The notes beneath the pieces are model-generated. The model was not told where the DNA came from and ran no database searches. It was given only the letters and a program-made list of their open reading frames with translations. Positions 1-13,469 of a stretch of DNA of 46,122 bases are shown piece after piece. This DNA comes from Moniliella sp. 'wahieum' (lineage: Eukaryota). Within the stretch, counting starts at the first letter, position 1. Every line of letters begins with the position of its first letter. Location of the stretch: positions 1,240,001 through 1,286,122 of the forward strand of contig RSEE01000005.1 of NCBI GenBank assembly GCA_003971905.1, written 5' to 3'. The translations under genes and the position numbers were made by a program.

Positions 1-725
1 CCTCGCCTATGCGCTCTTTTCTCCCCAAGCAACTCCCAGCACCGATGGTGCCCAACTGGCGTGCGCGTTGCAGCAAGTCTCTTCCCTCCCCCCGCGCCAC
101 ACCCGGCCTCGCAGCCCGTCTGGCCACGTGCTTTGTCCTGGTCCACATTGCCTGTGTGCGCAGGGGCACGCTCACCGCACCCATCGTTGCTGCTCGTCCC
201 ACAGCAGGAGGATCACCTGTGGCGCTCCGCCTTGCACCAGCTTGCGTTGGACGGGAAAGATGAGGTGGCCAAAGAACGATCGAGAGGCTAGAGATGTCGC
301 GTGTGCCGGCACCCAAAGCACGTACGTCCCGCTGCCCATCGGACCTGACCGCGAACCCGGTGAACCCGCACAACCGCCGTCCTGGCACCACAAGCAACAC
401 CAGCGACGCTCAGCGCGTCCGCGCCGACGTACGCCTCTTGGGCACCCAAGATGCTCGGGTAGGTACCGTGACCAGCGCTGGGTTTTCCCTCACCCACGGC
501 CGCGCCCATGGGGTGGGTGCGATCAGTCTGCTAGCCCTCTGCCACCTCATGTTGCGCGATCAGATTTATTTGCCGGCGCTGCCGGACGGAGAGGCAACCA
601 ATGCTGGGCCGTGCCAGCGCGGTCGGGTCGGACGCAACCCCGTCACCACTGCCCGCCTCGTCGCGGTCCAGAACGCGCCGGGAGAGCCACGTCGGGCTGC
701 GACGGTGGAACCCATTGTGTTGTAG
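1..725 (+). CDS. POP1: 3' part of RNase P/MRP protein subunit POP1 (partial at window edge, frameshifted)
   Basis: The C-terminal segment 'VGTVTSAGFSLTHGRAHGVGAISL...LVAVQNAPGEPRRAATVEPIVL*' resembles the POP1 C-terminal G(F/Y)VT.G.FSL..G.G.A.G motif followed by a V.VRN...R.A motif. Upstream 'CFVLVHIACVRRGTL' lies in another frame. Stop TAG at 723-725. Confidence 0.7.
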
Positions 726-1323
726 CACCCGGCGCGGCATATGGCTGCTACTAACAGTTGATGCTGTGGGCTCTCTGTTTGTAGTCTGCCGGTAAAATAG
801 TGATGGATTGCACTTCAAGCTTCAAGCTAAGGGATGGGAGAGAGCAGCTAGTGATAGGCACTGTCGTGGAGTGTTGTTGGGATTAAGCTTGAAGTAGCAA
901 AGCGTACAGGCGGGCAATTTGCTGGGTTAAACGTTAAACATGCCCACTGAATACTGATCCACTAGTTTGGACCGCCAAGTCACCTTCTTTTCCTTCATCA
1001 GCCGCCACGGCACCCTACAACGCACCAAATAACCAGCCAACCGGCGGGACTGGGTCTCGGACACCGTTGCCTGTGGGCCTTTTGATAAAATTGTATGGCC
1101 CAAGTCGATTGCGAGTACTATACAGAGACCCCCACGATCGTAATTGGAGAAAAGGTATATGCTACTACCTCTCTTCCTCTCCGAGAAAGTGCAAGCTGGG
1201 CATGGTCAAAAGCAAAAACAAGGATCATGATAGTAGTACAAAGAGGGATGCTCTTCTTGGGGTGAATATTAGTTGAGACGACCCAAGGAACTGCAGGAGT
1301 GCAAGACAAAGTGACTGAATGGG

Positions 1324-4300
1324 TTAGAGTGAGTCGGTTAAACGGATCACTACCGCCCCGCCCTCGGGGTAGGTTGGGCAGGGAGAAGCGTGTGTGGCTT
1401 CGGGGAGGGACAAGATGACGGGCGGGAGCCTGGGGCACAGAGATCCATCGTCAAACGCCTGGGCGGTGGCTTGGAGTGCCCTCTGGGCTTCCGAGGCGGA
1501 AAGGGCGCCCACTCCTCTCACTGTCTCGAAACGAGAGGAGGCGGAGGTCTTTGTACGGACAGCACGCCACGGAGCGAAGGAAGATGATTTGACCAAGCGC
1601 GTCGTATCTGCCCCATCATATACCACCACCCTCCCGGTGGAACTCTGCACCCGCATCATCGCCTTTTGCCCGGCTTCCAGTCCCGTCGGATCGACAATCA
1701 AGTCGAACTTGTGCTCCCGCAGCACCGACGAGACTGCCCAGGATACTTCCCCCCCACCACCTCGTGCGCCCCATGGGCCTTGCCCTCCGCCACCGCCGTG
1801 GGGCCCATAGACCCGGGTGCATGGGCGACCAGATACAGTCCCAGCTCAGCTTGCCGTCTTCGACACGCTTGCAACGTTACCAACCCCACTCCTTGGTGGG
1901 CATGTAGAATCAGCACCCGGTCCCCTCGCTCCAACCGACAACAAAACCGCTCCACAATCTCTTCTGCCACCATCGCAGGCACTGCGAGACACGCCAGCGA
2001 TGCCATCCCTACCTCATCGTCACAGGTGCACGCACGACCCAGCTGGAATCGAGGGTGAGAGAACGCTGGGTGAACAGATCCGTCTGCAGTGTCAATCAAA
2101 AGCGCAGCAGGGAAATTACACGGGACGAAGGGACATCAAAAGTTAGTGATTTGTTCCAAATTCCAGCTCGGCGCGCTAGGTCCTGGTAGCCGAGAAGACC
2201 AAAAAAGACCAAATCCGTCTGTCGGGGATGGACGTACCTGTTGATCAGTAGTTTCTTGGAGCTCTGGCACACCCACCACCCAATCTCCCTTGCTCACATG
2301 GCCCACCCCGCTCCCGGTGGCAGCCACCTTGCCCACAAAGCTCCTTCCTCCACGGAGCCCACGCCCACGCCTCCGATACACTCCTCCATCTCCTTCCCAC
2401 TCACCGTAACCGCATGCACCGTGATTAAGACGTGTGTGGGCGCCAGCATAGTATAGGCAGTTGGCAACGCGGTTCCGTTGCACCCACCTTTTCGGGCACA
2501 CCCAGATCCAGGGAAGAGGCAACGTCCAAACGAGGCAGCTGAACTGCAAGCGAGTGTGTAGGGGAGTGCGGGAAAGACGACGTGGGAGAGAAAAGAGAAG
2601 GGAGCAGATCCTGTATCGGGTCCACTTCTACGAGGTCCGTCTCCAACGGAGTCACCTCTCCACAGGAGGCAGCTGGGGTGCCGTAATTGGGGGACCGTCC
2701 GTTTTCTGTCCCGTTCGATCCTGTTTTCGACGATGGAAGGAAAAGAAGGAACGCGGGACGGTTGGGGCCTGCGCTTGCGAGACCCAGCTTGGATCCGAAG
2801 GCGATGGCGAGGAAGGGATGGTGGGCAACAGCGTGAATTTACTGTGGTCTTCACCACTGGACGTCCAAAAGGGCGAAAAAGATGGTTCCTGTGGCGTCCC
2901 ATCACAGGGCTCAGGGGACGGAGATGCGATTGTGGGCAGAGCCACACTCGCCGGAGATGCTGTTTCAGCCACGGGTTCGGACGTCGCAGCGTACCACCGG
3001 CCGCGATTGAGTATGTTATTGGACGAGGGAGCACTATTAGGTGGAGACCTAACCCTTGGCGCCAATTGCTCCTCCCCTTGCGACACTGAAATGAGCCGCG
3101 GGCCCAAACGGTTGGGCTGGCGGGAAGGAATGGGTGAGTTTGGAGGACGTGGAGAAGCAGGTTGCGGGTGGTTCCTTGCCATACCCAACTGGGGTTTCGG
3201 TTCCGGCGGGGATAAGGAATCGCCGGATTGGTTGGCCGTTCGGTCAGGCTGCATCTTTGCCTCCCCCGTGAGACTTTTGATAGGAACGCGGTGGGCATCC
3301 GGGGAATCGGACATAGGGGTTAGCGCCTGTTCATTCTCTCCTATCCCCTCTTGCCTCCTAACCATTGTTTCGATGTCCGTCACAGATTCTCCCTTTGTGT
3401 CCGAGGCTACTCCTTGAACAGGCTCACTCAGGGAGTCAACCCTGCCGCCAGAAGCAGGAGTAGGGTAGTGGTCCGGTGATTGGCAGGGTAGCAACCAGCG
3501 GTGAATGTGACGCAACCTCCTCCATCGTTGAGGGTTTGTTGATGGGCACGCGGGCCGCACGAGGGGTGGGGGGTAGGCTAGGTGGCATCGAAAAGGGAGA
3601 CTGCAACCCGTCTGGATCTGCCTCTGGCCTCTTCTTAAGCTGACGGCACTCCCCTTCACCTTGATCCTCCTCCCACCGCTCGTGGTATGAACTGACAGAA
3701 GAATCCCACACTTCTGACTCTTCTCCCAAACCCGTAACCTCCGGCCCATACGCCACCTCTTGCTCATCCGACAAGCCGTGTCCACCGGCGTGATGAGAAT
3801 CAGAAGGTTGGGAAAGCCATCGGCCGAAGGGAAGCGGGCCAGTTCAACTTGGGAACCGGGCAAGGGGAGAAAAGGGGAGGAAGCAGTAGAATGTGAGGAG
3901 ACCCTACTTGACGAAAGGCCAGCCTGTGTCTGTGGGCTGGTAGGGACAGACACACCATGGGTGGATGCCATGAGGGCAACCGAGTTGGTCCGGATGGAAG
4001 AGAAACCTAGCTCGGCAGCCATACTCAAGTCCCCCTCTTGTGTTCTGTCCGTCCAAGTCCCCACCACCTCGTTGGCCGTTTGCTGAAGGACCCTTCCCTC
4101 CTCCTTCACGGGACTCTGGCCCGCAAAGGCCCCAAGGGAATGGTGGCCAGAGAAGGAATAGGCGGAGAGGGACGCTAGATCGGTAGGCACTTGGGGCTCG
4201 TGACGGCTGGGTTGGTGAAGACTTTCATTTCTTTGGCGGGAGGGGGTTGGATAATCCGATTGAAGAGGGGGTGGAGCAAGGACACTCGCTAGCCTGGCGG

Positions 4301-4877
4301 CAGAGAGGCCCCTGGACCTGGACGGCAGGCCGGGTGGGGTAGCGGAAGGGGATGGTGTCGTCTCTGTACACATCGGCTGGGGCGCACCGGCGGTCGCGCC
4401 GCCTGTTACCGGCTGCGGTGACGGTGCGAGCGGTATGAAAGACGGTCCATGGGGTGGATGCATTCCTGCCCCGTGAGATGAAGCGGGTTTCGAGGGCCAA
4501 GACGAGTTGGTGCTGTAGCTGGGTCCTGATGGCCACGCCTCTGCCCTAGAGGGGGAGTGCATGTGTTGGTGAGTCGATGCCATGCTCCCCGGTCTATTCC
4601 ACGACTGAGAGGCTGCCCAACCCAAGGCTGCGCCAGCCCATCTGAGCGGACGCCATACCGGGGATCGGCATACCCTTGATAGGGAGGGTGCGGATCCGGG
4701 GGAAAGTAATGGCGGGGGGAGCAGGCGGGTGTGACGTAGCTAGAAGAAGAGGAGTGCCAACAGCGTAGCCCGCGTACGGTGCTGGCGGCGACGACCGGCT
4801 GAGCTGGGAACGTGGCTGTCACTGTCGCGGTAGGTGTAGGAAGGGCGGTTGAGGAGCGTGTCAACTAGGCGTGTCAT
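1324..4877 (-). CDS. Large protein: long Ser/Pro-rich disordered N-terminus plus C-terminal MDR (GroES-like + Rossmann) oxidoreductase-like domain
   Basis: C-terminal pieces 'GRSFVGKVAATGSGVGHVSKGDWVVG', 'LERGDRVLILHAHQGVGLVTLQ', 'FDLIVDPTG' and 'GGAVVIRL' are typical of quinone-reductase-type MDR proteins. Probable intron ~2237-2084 (GTACGT...CAG). The same-strand 657-aa low-complexity ORF 2652-4625 runs into it. The start (ATG at 4877) and the single-gene model are inferred. Confidence 0.6.
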
Positions 4878-5781
4878 GGTGATGATGGTAAAAGGTGGGG
4901 GGGCAAGTGGGTCGCGGAGGCGGGATGCTCAAAAGGGTGTATACATTGCTGGTTGGAGCGATCTACAAAGGATGTGTGTGAGACCAGCTTTACTGAGCAA
5001 AAATGCACACGGAGCGAAGGGCTTTTTGTCACAGCGTCACACGGACGAGGAGGAACTAGGAATGGGAGTCTCCAGGCACGGGCCAATATAGAGCTACTAA
5101 CTAGTAGTCCTTAGGCCTTTGGGACAGTACCTAGTCACTATATCTACTAGCTACGATACATTCACAAACACAACATTCGTAATTGGCCCATGAATTAGTG
5201 ATGCAGACCGCACCCGGCCCCACGTTTTACACTCGCTATTATAGGGTTGCAGGCTGCCCCAGTTAATTTCAACGTAGATCGTCTGTGTCCTCTGAACTCA
5301 CCGAACCTCTGCCTCAGCGCCTGAGTGGCCTGAGTCGGGCAGTGCCTCCGCCCAGCTGCCACTACCTAACCCTACCGCTCGCTGTCGCTGCCCGGCCGCC
5401 TGGCTGCCCGCGAAACCTGCGGCGACCTGAGACGTGACGCGTGAATATCCGGAACAGGAACAGCGATCGCAGGAATGGTTTCGGGGTGTTAGAGCGTAGA
5501 ACGGCGGCGTCGAAGACGCTGAGATTGAAGAGGCGCTGAGCGCATCTGTGATCTGGTAGCCCCCGAGACGCTCGATGCGTAGGGCATGGCAGTCGCATGC
5601 CCGATGGAACCGCCCCGCATCAAAACAGACGTTTCCGCTCCAGTTGTCCAACTCTGTCTTCGGCCAGCATTGCTGGTTGCTCTCTTCCGCCTCAATTGCC
5701 CTCAGTGCGCTCAGCCCGAGCCGCCCTGTGCCCCTCCAGCATCGCCTCCGCTCTGAAGAGCACATCATATCACAGCACAGC

Positions 5782-6994
5782 ATGCCCTACGCCGCCCATC
5801 TCGCTGTCGCTGAACGCGCTGTGCGTGCGGCCGCTCTTCTGACCAACTCGGTCTTTGACCATCTGAGCACCAGCGACCAGCTCGCCAAATCCGATGCCTC
5901 CCCCGTTACTGTGGGTGACTTTGGCAGCCAGGCGGTCATCATCAGTTTGCTCGCCGCTGCGTTCCCTGACATTCCGGTCGTAGGAGAGGAAGATGCGAGT
6001 GCTCTGCGCGGGGATGCACCCGACGCAACCCAGCTCCGCACCCATGTCGTTACCCTGGCTCGCCAGGCCTTGGCCGCAGCCGCACGCCAAGACCCTCGCC
6101 CCCCACAGAGTCCGCCGAAGCGCGGATCGTGGCCAACGCCTTATCCAGCCACTACACCGATGACCAGTTTCTTGACGCCATTGACCGCGGCAACTACAAG
6201 GGTGGTGCTACAGGCGGTGCGTACTTCTGCGAAATCCATGCCAGCTCACCAGTCTAGCATAACGAGAGCCCCTTGCTGATCCTGTTGGCATTTGTAGCCA
6301 TGTGGGTCCTCGATCCCATCGACGGACCAAGGGCTTTTTCGAGGAGGCCAGTATGCACTGTGTCTTGCGTTGGTTGTGGATGGGCAAGTGCAAGTCGGCG
6401 TGATTGGCTCGCCAAACTTGCCCTTGGAAGTGGGCCAGCCGACTGGACCCAAGGGCGTCCTGGTCAGTGCCGTTCGCGGCCAGGGGGCCACCCAATCGCC
6501 TCTCTTTGGCCCCACCGCTTCCCCCCATACCTCCATTCAGATGACACCGCTTACTCCCCTCCGACTTGGCTACGGGCAAGGCGCGCTTTTGCGAATCGGT
6601 CGAGGCAGGTCATGCGTCGCATGAGACGAACGAGCGGATCGCAGAGCTGTGCACCTCGATACCGCTCACAGTGTACGGATGGACAGCCAGGCAAAGTATG
6701 CTTCGATCGCTCGTGGGGATGGCGAGATCTACCTTCGTATTCCGTTCAGCTGGGCACCTATATCGAGAAGATTTGGGACCATGCGGCGGGGGCTTTGATT
6801 GTGGAGGAAAGTGGGGGTAAAGTGAGCGATGTGAGGGGGGCCGAGCTGGATTTTGGCCAAGGCCGCACGTATGCACCAACATGGGCGTAATCGCATGCCA
6901 TGCTAGTGTCCACCCTCTTGTTCTCCAGGCGGTCCAGCAGGCGATCCGGGAAGAAGGCCCAGCGCGGCGCCAGGCGCTGCTGCACGAGGCCTAA
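5782..6994 (+). CDS. MET22: 3'(2'),5'-bisphosphate nucleotidase (HAL2/MET22 family)
   Basis: Motifs 'KSDASPVTVGDFGSQA', 'VVGEEDASALR', 'WVLDPIDG', 'GQYALCLALVVDGQVQVGVIGSPNLP', 'FCESVEAGH' and 'EKIWDHAAGALIVEESGGKVSD' are present across frames. ATG at 5782, TAA at 6992-6994, probable short intron near 6217-6298. Confidence 0.93.
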
Positions 6995-7256
6995 GCTGCC
7001 CCCATCTACTTGCATTGTACCTGTATGGTGCTCCCGGTTCTGCCAGAAAGTACGATATAGACAGGCTTACAGGCTTAGCATCGCTGTTGGTGGTGGGCTG
7101 TTCGGCGGGGATGCCGGGGGACAAGTGGGACAAAGGCTAGATAGAGTCCGGTCTGATCGATGGTATAGATTGTAGATCACGTGCGAGCCTTCGTTGTTAT
7201 CGGTTTTTCATGATTCTCCCCGGCAGAGCCTCTCCGCAAGAGCCGCCGCCAGCTGC

Positions 7257-8409
7257 CATGCCTCAGCGCCGACGCTCGTCGAGGCCCACATCGATGCCGC
7301 TGCCTGCGCGCGCTCGCGCCTATCTCCCGCCGCTCGGCATTCCTCAAGCTCTGCACGACGACCCCCTCGGCCTGCTCTCCAATACGTCCCGCGTGTGCCT
7401 GACCACATTGCCCGCGCCATCTGGGGCTCCACCAGCCGTGCAGCGGCAAGCGCCAAGGGCACGTCGCCCCCCCCGAGTGTCAGCGTGCTTGTTCCCGATG
7501 TGTCTGCACGGGCCCATGTGCCACTGATTGCAGCCCGCGACGGCGTTCTGGGACCATGTCCAGAGCCGCGACCCTCATGCTGGCCCGCACGCCGATGCGC
7601 CTCCGCTCTCAGCGTTGGAGGAGGAAGTTTCCTTGCGTGTGCTGCGACAACGAGCACCAACACTGTTTCACCATGCCGTTGGATCGCTTACCTTGCCTCC
7701 CACTGTGGCCGACGAAGGCTTGCCCCCGCCCTTGGCCACAGCCACCCATCGCGCCCAGGACCAAGGCGCACACCAGGCTAAGGGCGCCGCCTTTGCTCGA
7801 CTGCTTCAGCGCGTCGACCAGCAGGACGCGCGTTGGCGTATGGCGGGCACGGAACGGAAGGCGTACAAGAGCAAGGGCAGAACAAGGACAAGGACAAGGG
7901 CACGGGGATGCCTTTTTCGCTCTCATTATCCCAGATGACAACACGACCAATGCATCCGCCTTGGGACGCTCCCCCAATCCAAGGAGACTCGGAACAGGAA
8001 AATGAGGAGGAAGAGGATGATTTCGTCCCCGAGGAGGACAGTGACGAAGACGAGTCTTCCCGCCCTGTGGCATCAGCTGCGACAGGATTGCCTCCACACA
8101 ACGGCACCGACGAGGTTGCCGGGCTGCATCTGTTTGCCCAACAAATGCGGCTCACTTTCTTGCTGGGGACCAGGTACAGTTCGGTTCCGAGGTTGGTTGG
8201 GCGCGTTGGCTGCGTTGGTCAACCACTAACTCATTTCACTCATTTCGCAGACAATCTTTTCACCCTCCCTCTATGCCCAAGTCGACTTTGACTCCTCCCT
8301 TGACCCTCGTCCTTCTGCGCGGTCAGCCACCGAGCCCAGAAGGGGAAGCGGCGATCTTCGGGCGGTGACAGACGAAGATAGGTGGTTTGACGAATCGGAC
8401 TCGGACTAA
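7257..8409 (+). CDS. CCDC97: CCDC97-like (DUF2052) acidic protein
   Basis: 'SLRVLRQRAPTLFHHAVG', an acidic tract, 'FAQQMRLTFLLG', then an intron (GTACAG 8174...CTAAC...CAG 8250) and a last exon 'YAQVDFDSSLD...DEDRWFDESDSD*'. This follows the DUF2052 pattern M..RFL.G...Y..VD....D...E.RYFDE. Assigned by motif recall only. Confidence 0.6.
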
Positions 8410-9076
8410 GTCAACAGCGGCGTGGTCTCTCTCCTGCTGTCCAACTAACGGTGCGGGGGCTGCCAAGGCCCAGGCTCGGAACGACCGCACCATCTAGATT
8501 CCGTCAACCAAGGAATGCGGTAAACTCCTTTGCCAAAGGAGAATGGAAAGAGGATCGATACAGTATCAGATCAGATCGACCATCAGAAACAGAAATAAAG
8601 TGGGGGAGGGTAGGGGAACTGGCAAGACGGAAACAGGAGCATGACACTCCCGAGCGCCCGACAGCAACGGATGGGGAAAGCGATGGCAGAGATCATCGAA
8701 CAGAGTGAAATGTAAGGGAAAGGAAAGGGGAATGGGCGAGGACTGGGGCGGGGGCAAAAGGGGAAGCGTACGAGTACAGGCTTCGGCTCGAGCAACCAAG
8801 GCGTCATCAAACAGATATCCGGCAAAGCCCACCAGGCTAGAAAGTTAGAAAGGGTCGAACTCAGCCCACGCAGACGACCGGGGCAGCTTCACTTTGCAAA
8901 AGGAACGTGGGCGCTTGACACGCCAAGAGGTGCGGGGAGAGAGGGGAATACAATCAATGCAAACGTCACGATCGAGTCCATGAGTCACCAGTTCACAACC
9001 AAGAAGACGAGCGTCAAGAAAACCCACATCAGGCAGCGGGGGGAGGGAAGCTGGCGGAGGGGGTCAGTCACTAGGC

Positions 9077-9745
9077 TCACGTACACCTTGGTCCACTTCC
9101 AGAATTCAAGCCAACGTACCCGTACTGCGCACCGTACCCGGCCTGCGACGGCGGGTAGGCGGTTTGTGGACCAAACCCAGGCTGGGCCGGGCACCAAAGG
9201 CACCCTGCGACGCAAACGACGTCTGCGGCGAGCCGAAGCCTGCGGCGGTCGGGGAGACAAAGCCGGGGGCGGAGCAAACGTGCCAGCAGCCGGGTAGCCC
9301 GCTGCCGCCGCGGCCGCGGCCGCAGGGTCAGCAAATGCCGGTTGACCCGCCTGGTACGGGTTCGGCAGGCCCGGGCAAAGCCCTGGTGGGCGGGATGCCA
9401 AAGGAGGCCGGCGTGGCCGCATATTGCCGCGCGCCGTACCCGCCCATAGCCATTGAAGCCACCGGCATAGCCTGCGTTGTACGCCCCCGGAGCGCACCGG
9501 ACGCGCGTTGGCCATATTGACACGGATGTGCGGCCATCCAAAGTTGTTCGTTCATGTTCTGGATCGCAGTGTCGGCTTCTTCCTGGTGGTGTAGGTGACA
9601 AAGCCAAATCCGCGGGAGAGCGACCAGTCTCGCGGTCGCGCATCACCAACATAGTCGGTCAGCGCGCCCCACGAGGCAAAAGCGTGCGCGAGACATCGTC
9701 GGTGGTTGTCCCAGCTGAGGTTGCCCACATAGACTTGGCGACCAT
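9077..9745 (-). CDS. Glycine-rich RNA-binding protein with one N-terminal RRM
   Basis: Across frameshifts: RNP2 'VYVGNLSW', 'VMRDRETGRS' plus RNP1 'RGFGFVTY', 'MNEQ..DGR..VNMANAR', followed by a G/Y/A/Q-rich tail. ATG at 9745. The stop position is uncertain. Confidence 0.85.
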
Positions 9746-11010
9746 CTGCGAAGGAGGGTGCGCAGCGAGCGGATCGGGTAGATCAGCTAGGCGAAGGAGC
9801 AAGGGAGGCAGGCGCGCGAGGAGAGAGAGACGCACAGTGAGTGTCGAGAGGGGAGGGGCGAGTAGGAGAGTGCGAGTGCAAGTGCGAGTGCGAGTGCGAG
9901 GGGGGGGAAGGCCTTAGGGGCGGGAAGCGAAGCAAGCCGAGCAACAACAAAAGACACGTCGGAGCCACGAGACGGAGACGGAAGCACACGCGATCGCAGA
10001 CGGAGACAGAACCCAAACAGACCAGAGAGCCAAGCGAGACGAGACGAGCCGAGAGGTGGTGGGGGCGCGCTTCCTGCCAGCGTCCCGCATCCGAGGGCAG
10101 CAGGAGGCGGACGCGCAACCTAGCACTGCCCCCCGGGCACCCGCGCCTACACTGGTCCCCTGCCTGTCTGCCACAGCGTGTTGCGCTCAAACCACCTGCC
10201 ACGTCACCCTCGTCATCGACCCAATCACCGTCGGCCAGCTGCCACCAATCCTTCCTTAGGCCTTCATCAGAGTGCCAACCCAAGCACCCAGTTGCCAGCT
10301 GCCAACCCCATGTCTCCACCGCCAGCCCCATCGCCAGCCCATCGCCAGCCCGCAGGCCAAGGAGCGAGCGAGCGGGCAAGGGGAGCCGAACCCCGAAGCC
10401 TTCCTTGCACGACAAGTCACACATCCAATTGAATCGATCGTTGAACGTTGGTTGAACGTTGACGCTGACGTTGAACGATCAGTTGATCCGCAATGGTCAG
10501 CAGAAGAGCGAGCGAACGAGCGAGCGACAACAGAGAGAAGGCAGTGCGCCAGCCGAGCACCGCCCCCCCCCGCTGCCGGCTGCAGCATCGTCTCGCTCAC
10601 GTCGACGCCCAGCACGAGGCCAGTGTGGAGCCGCACCAACCGGCACAAGGCCGACACTGGCGCTGCGCGGGCCCAGGGCGCGCGGCTGGGAGTTTGCATG
10701 TAAAAAGGTCGCTTCTTCCTCGTTAGCTTGACTCAGCACCCTAGCCGAACAGCCTGGAGAATGTTACAAGGCCAACTACGCGGACCCAGAGAACCATCTT
10801 GCCTTTCTCTCGTCTGCCTTTCCCACCCCCACCACTTGCGACTGCACTGGCTTCTCAGCCCCCCCTTTGTTCCAGTCTCACCCCCACGCTCCCCTTTCTC
10901 TCCCATCCTCCCCCTCTCGTCCTCGCTCCAGTGCCATTTCCCTCCATCCCTTAACCCATCGTATCACTACTCGAGCGCTATACAGCCAACCTTTCACCAC
11001 TCCAGTGTGC

Positions 11011-13469
11011 ATGCACCATGCTGTCCTCGTCCTTATCGCTGCGGCGGTTGCGTGGCAACAAGCGTGTCTGCCGCGCTCGCCGGAAAGCCCTCACTCACGA
11101 CATCCTAACTCACGACTCGCTCGCCTCAGCCATGTGCTCGGCTTGGTTGACAACAACACTGCCTTGTGTTCTCGACAAGGTGGAGGGCAACGCTGCGAAA
11201 CTTCCTAATGGCAAATTGTCTGGGGCTCGCTCATCGATCTCACTGATGGTCAAGTACGTGGAGTCGATGTTGAGACGAATGCCTTCTGTGCCGCCGGCAT
11301 GACCATGCCAAATGGCCATGGGCCGTCGGGGTGGCAACCAAGCCGTTCAGTACGGCAACGTTGCCGTGACGGGGAACCAGAACCCTTACCAATCCAAAGA
11401 CGGACGCAGGCCATCGCTTGCTGGATATTGTTGGCGCCCAGCCGGGTACTCCAATTGGAACGATGATGGTCATCTCCAAATGGCTGGTCAACGCTGGTAA
11501 CCCCTCCTTTGGATCTCTCTCTCTGGCCGCACACGTTTCGCATACTCGAGGGACATATTGAAAGAATGTTGAGGAGTAAAGGAAAAGAGAGGCTGATTCA
11601 CAAACACTCGCCTGTGAAGGTACCCCACCGTCGAGAGCATTGCCGATGGCACTCTGGTCATCATCGGAGGGTTCCACCAGCGGCGGATACATTAATCGCA
11701 ACTTACCTAACACGGATCCAACCTTCGAAGCGTCACCAGGTCAAGGCTCCATCCAGAACTTGGCTGCCGGTGGCGCTAATCCGACGTACGAGTACTTTCC
11801 CGCTCGAACCAACATCACCGCACAGGGATCGTTCCAGGGCATGCAGATGTCGAAGTTTATGACGACCACCAGCGGACTAAACATGTACCCCATATGTTCC
11901 TTATGCCTAGCGGCAAGATTTTTATGAACGCCAATGTCTCCAACATCCTGTGGGACCACAACAGAATGTTGGACTCCACTTCCCGTTCCTGGTGGGGTAA
12001 TCCGTGTCTACCGGCCTCAGTGCGCAGCCATGAAGCCACTGACGCCGGACAACAATTACACTCCCACCATCCTGTTTTGTGGTGGCATGGTTTTAGATGA
12101 AGATGAGCAATGGGGCAATTACACACGCTCCCAACGTCACATGTACCAGACGGCTACCTCAACCAACTGTGCTTCTATTCAACCCGAGCATGCTGATGGT
12201 ACGCCTGTGGACAACCCCCATTTTGTCAGAGAGATGACATGCCCGTTGGTCGGACCATGGGCCAGTTCATTCACCTGCCGAGGCCAGATGCTGATCGTCA
12301 TGGGGGGAGAATGGAACGCCGGATACGGCAATACGAGTTGGAACATGCTTGAACTCAATGGCCAGCAAGTCCGCTTGGAGGGCATGGCATCTGGCCCAAC
12401 CTTGACTCCGCTCTTATACGACCCCGATCAACCCAAGGGTAAAAAGTTACTGATGCCAACTTGGAAAAGTCAGTTTGCCCGCTTGTACCATTCCTCTGCC
12501 ATCCTTGCTCCTGATGGTTCGGTCCTCATTGCTGGAAGAACCCGCACAACGATGAACTGCTCATGCCACTCGCGTCCAACCCTCAAGGTTATAACACCAC
12601 GTATGTGGTCGAGAAGTGTACCCGGACTATTACTTTGCTCCTCGTCCTGAACCGACTGGGCTTCCCTCTGTCCTTACCTATGGCGGAAATAGCTTCAATG
12701 TGACCGTCGAAAAGAGTACATGAACCAATCCTTAATGCCCTCGCCGCTGCTACCAAGTTATGGTCATCCGCCCTGGCTTTTCCACGACGCCATGAACATG
12801 GGCCAACGCAGTCTCCAGCTGGAGAACACGTATGAGGTGCAGAAAGACGGAAGTGTGGTGTACACGGTCAACCCGCTGCCCACCAACCCCAACCTGATCA
12901 CAGCCGGACTGCGTGTTATTTGTCACGATGCTGGTGTGCCGTCTCAGGGCAAGTTTATCTCCATGGCGACATGAATACCATTGGCCCGGCCCCTTGGACC
13001 CCCAAGATCCATCCGCGCCACCGAACTGTACCCTGCCAAGAATGGCTCCAGCTCGTTTGACAATCCACCCGCGCAAGTGTATAACCGGTACCGGCCCGTC
13101 CAAAGAATTCGGCAAGGCGCGTAGCGTGGGCACAGGTTCCACCAGCCAACGTCCTCCTCGAAAAGTAAGGTGGGGCTTGGGGTTGGTATCGGGGTCGGGG
13201 TAGGCGCTGGACTAGCAGCGGCTTTGTTGGGCTTGGTGATCTACAAGAAGAAGAAGGCTTCCTCACGTACCAAGCCTGCTGCCGGATACACTGCCGCTGC
13301 GGCTTCGGCACAAAGGGGAGACGAGGCACTGGCGGCGCCGTCTGTTCCGTTTGCTCCCTATGGTCATGCCGCCTCCTCTTCGCTGTCCACTTTTGATTCT
13401 TATAACCTGTATCACTCCCCAGGGGAGTCAAACAGGCAGCCGGGAGCGTTGACTGGAGGCGCCCACTAG
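11011..13469 (+). CDS. Copper radical oxidase (glyoxal oxidase-like, CAZy AA5_1) with signal peptide and C-terminal TM helix
   Basis: Signal-like 'MHHAVLVLIAAAVAW'. Family motifs 'LDKVEGN', 'NAFCAAG', 'GGNQAV', 'DGRR', 'NPTYEYFP', 'LNMYP', 'LMPSGKIF', 'RVY', 'TILFCGG', 'ARLYHSSAILAPDGSVLIAG' and 'AMNMGQR'. TM segment 'LGVGIGVGVGAGLAAALLGLVIYKKKK'. Many indels. Confidence 0.9.

Noticed and set aside
5366..5375. CCTAACCCTA as a telomerase RNA template in the 5.1-5.8 kb intergenic gap
   Set aside because: A 9-10-mer match is plausible by chance in 46 kb on two strands, and similar strings occur at ~3050 and ~26041. No pseudoknot or other supporting structure was identified.
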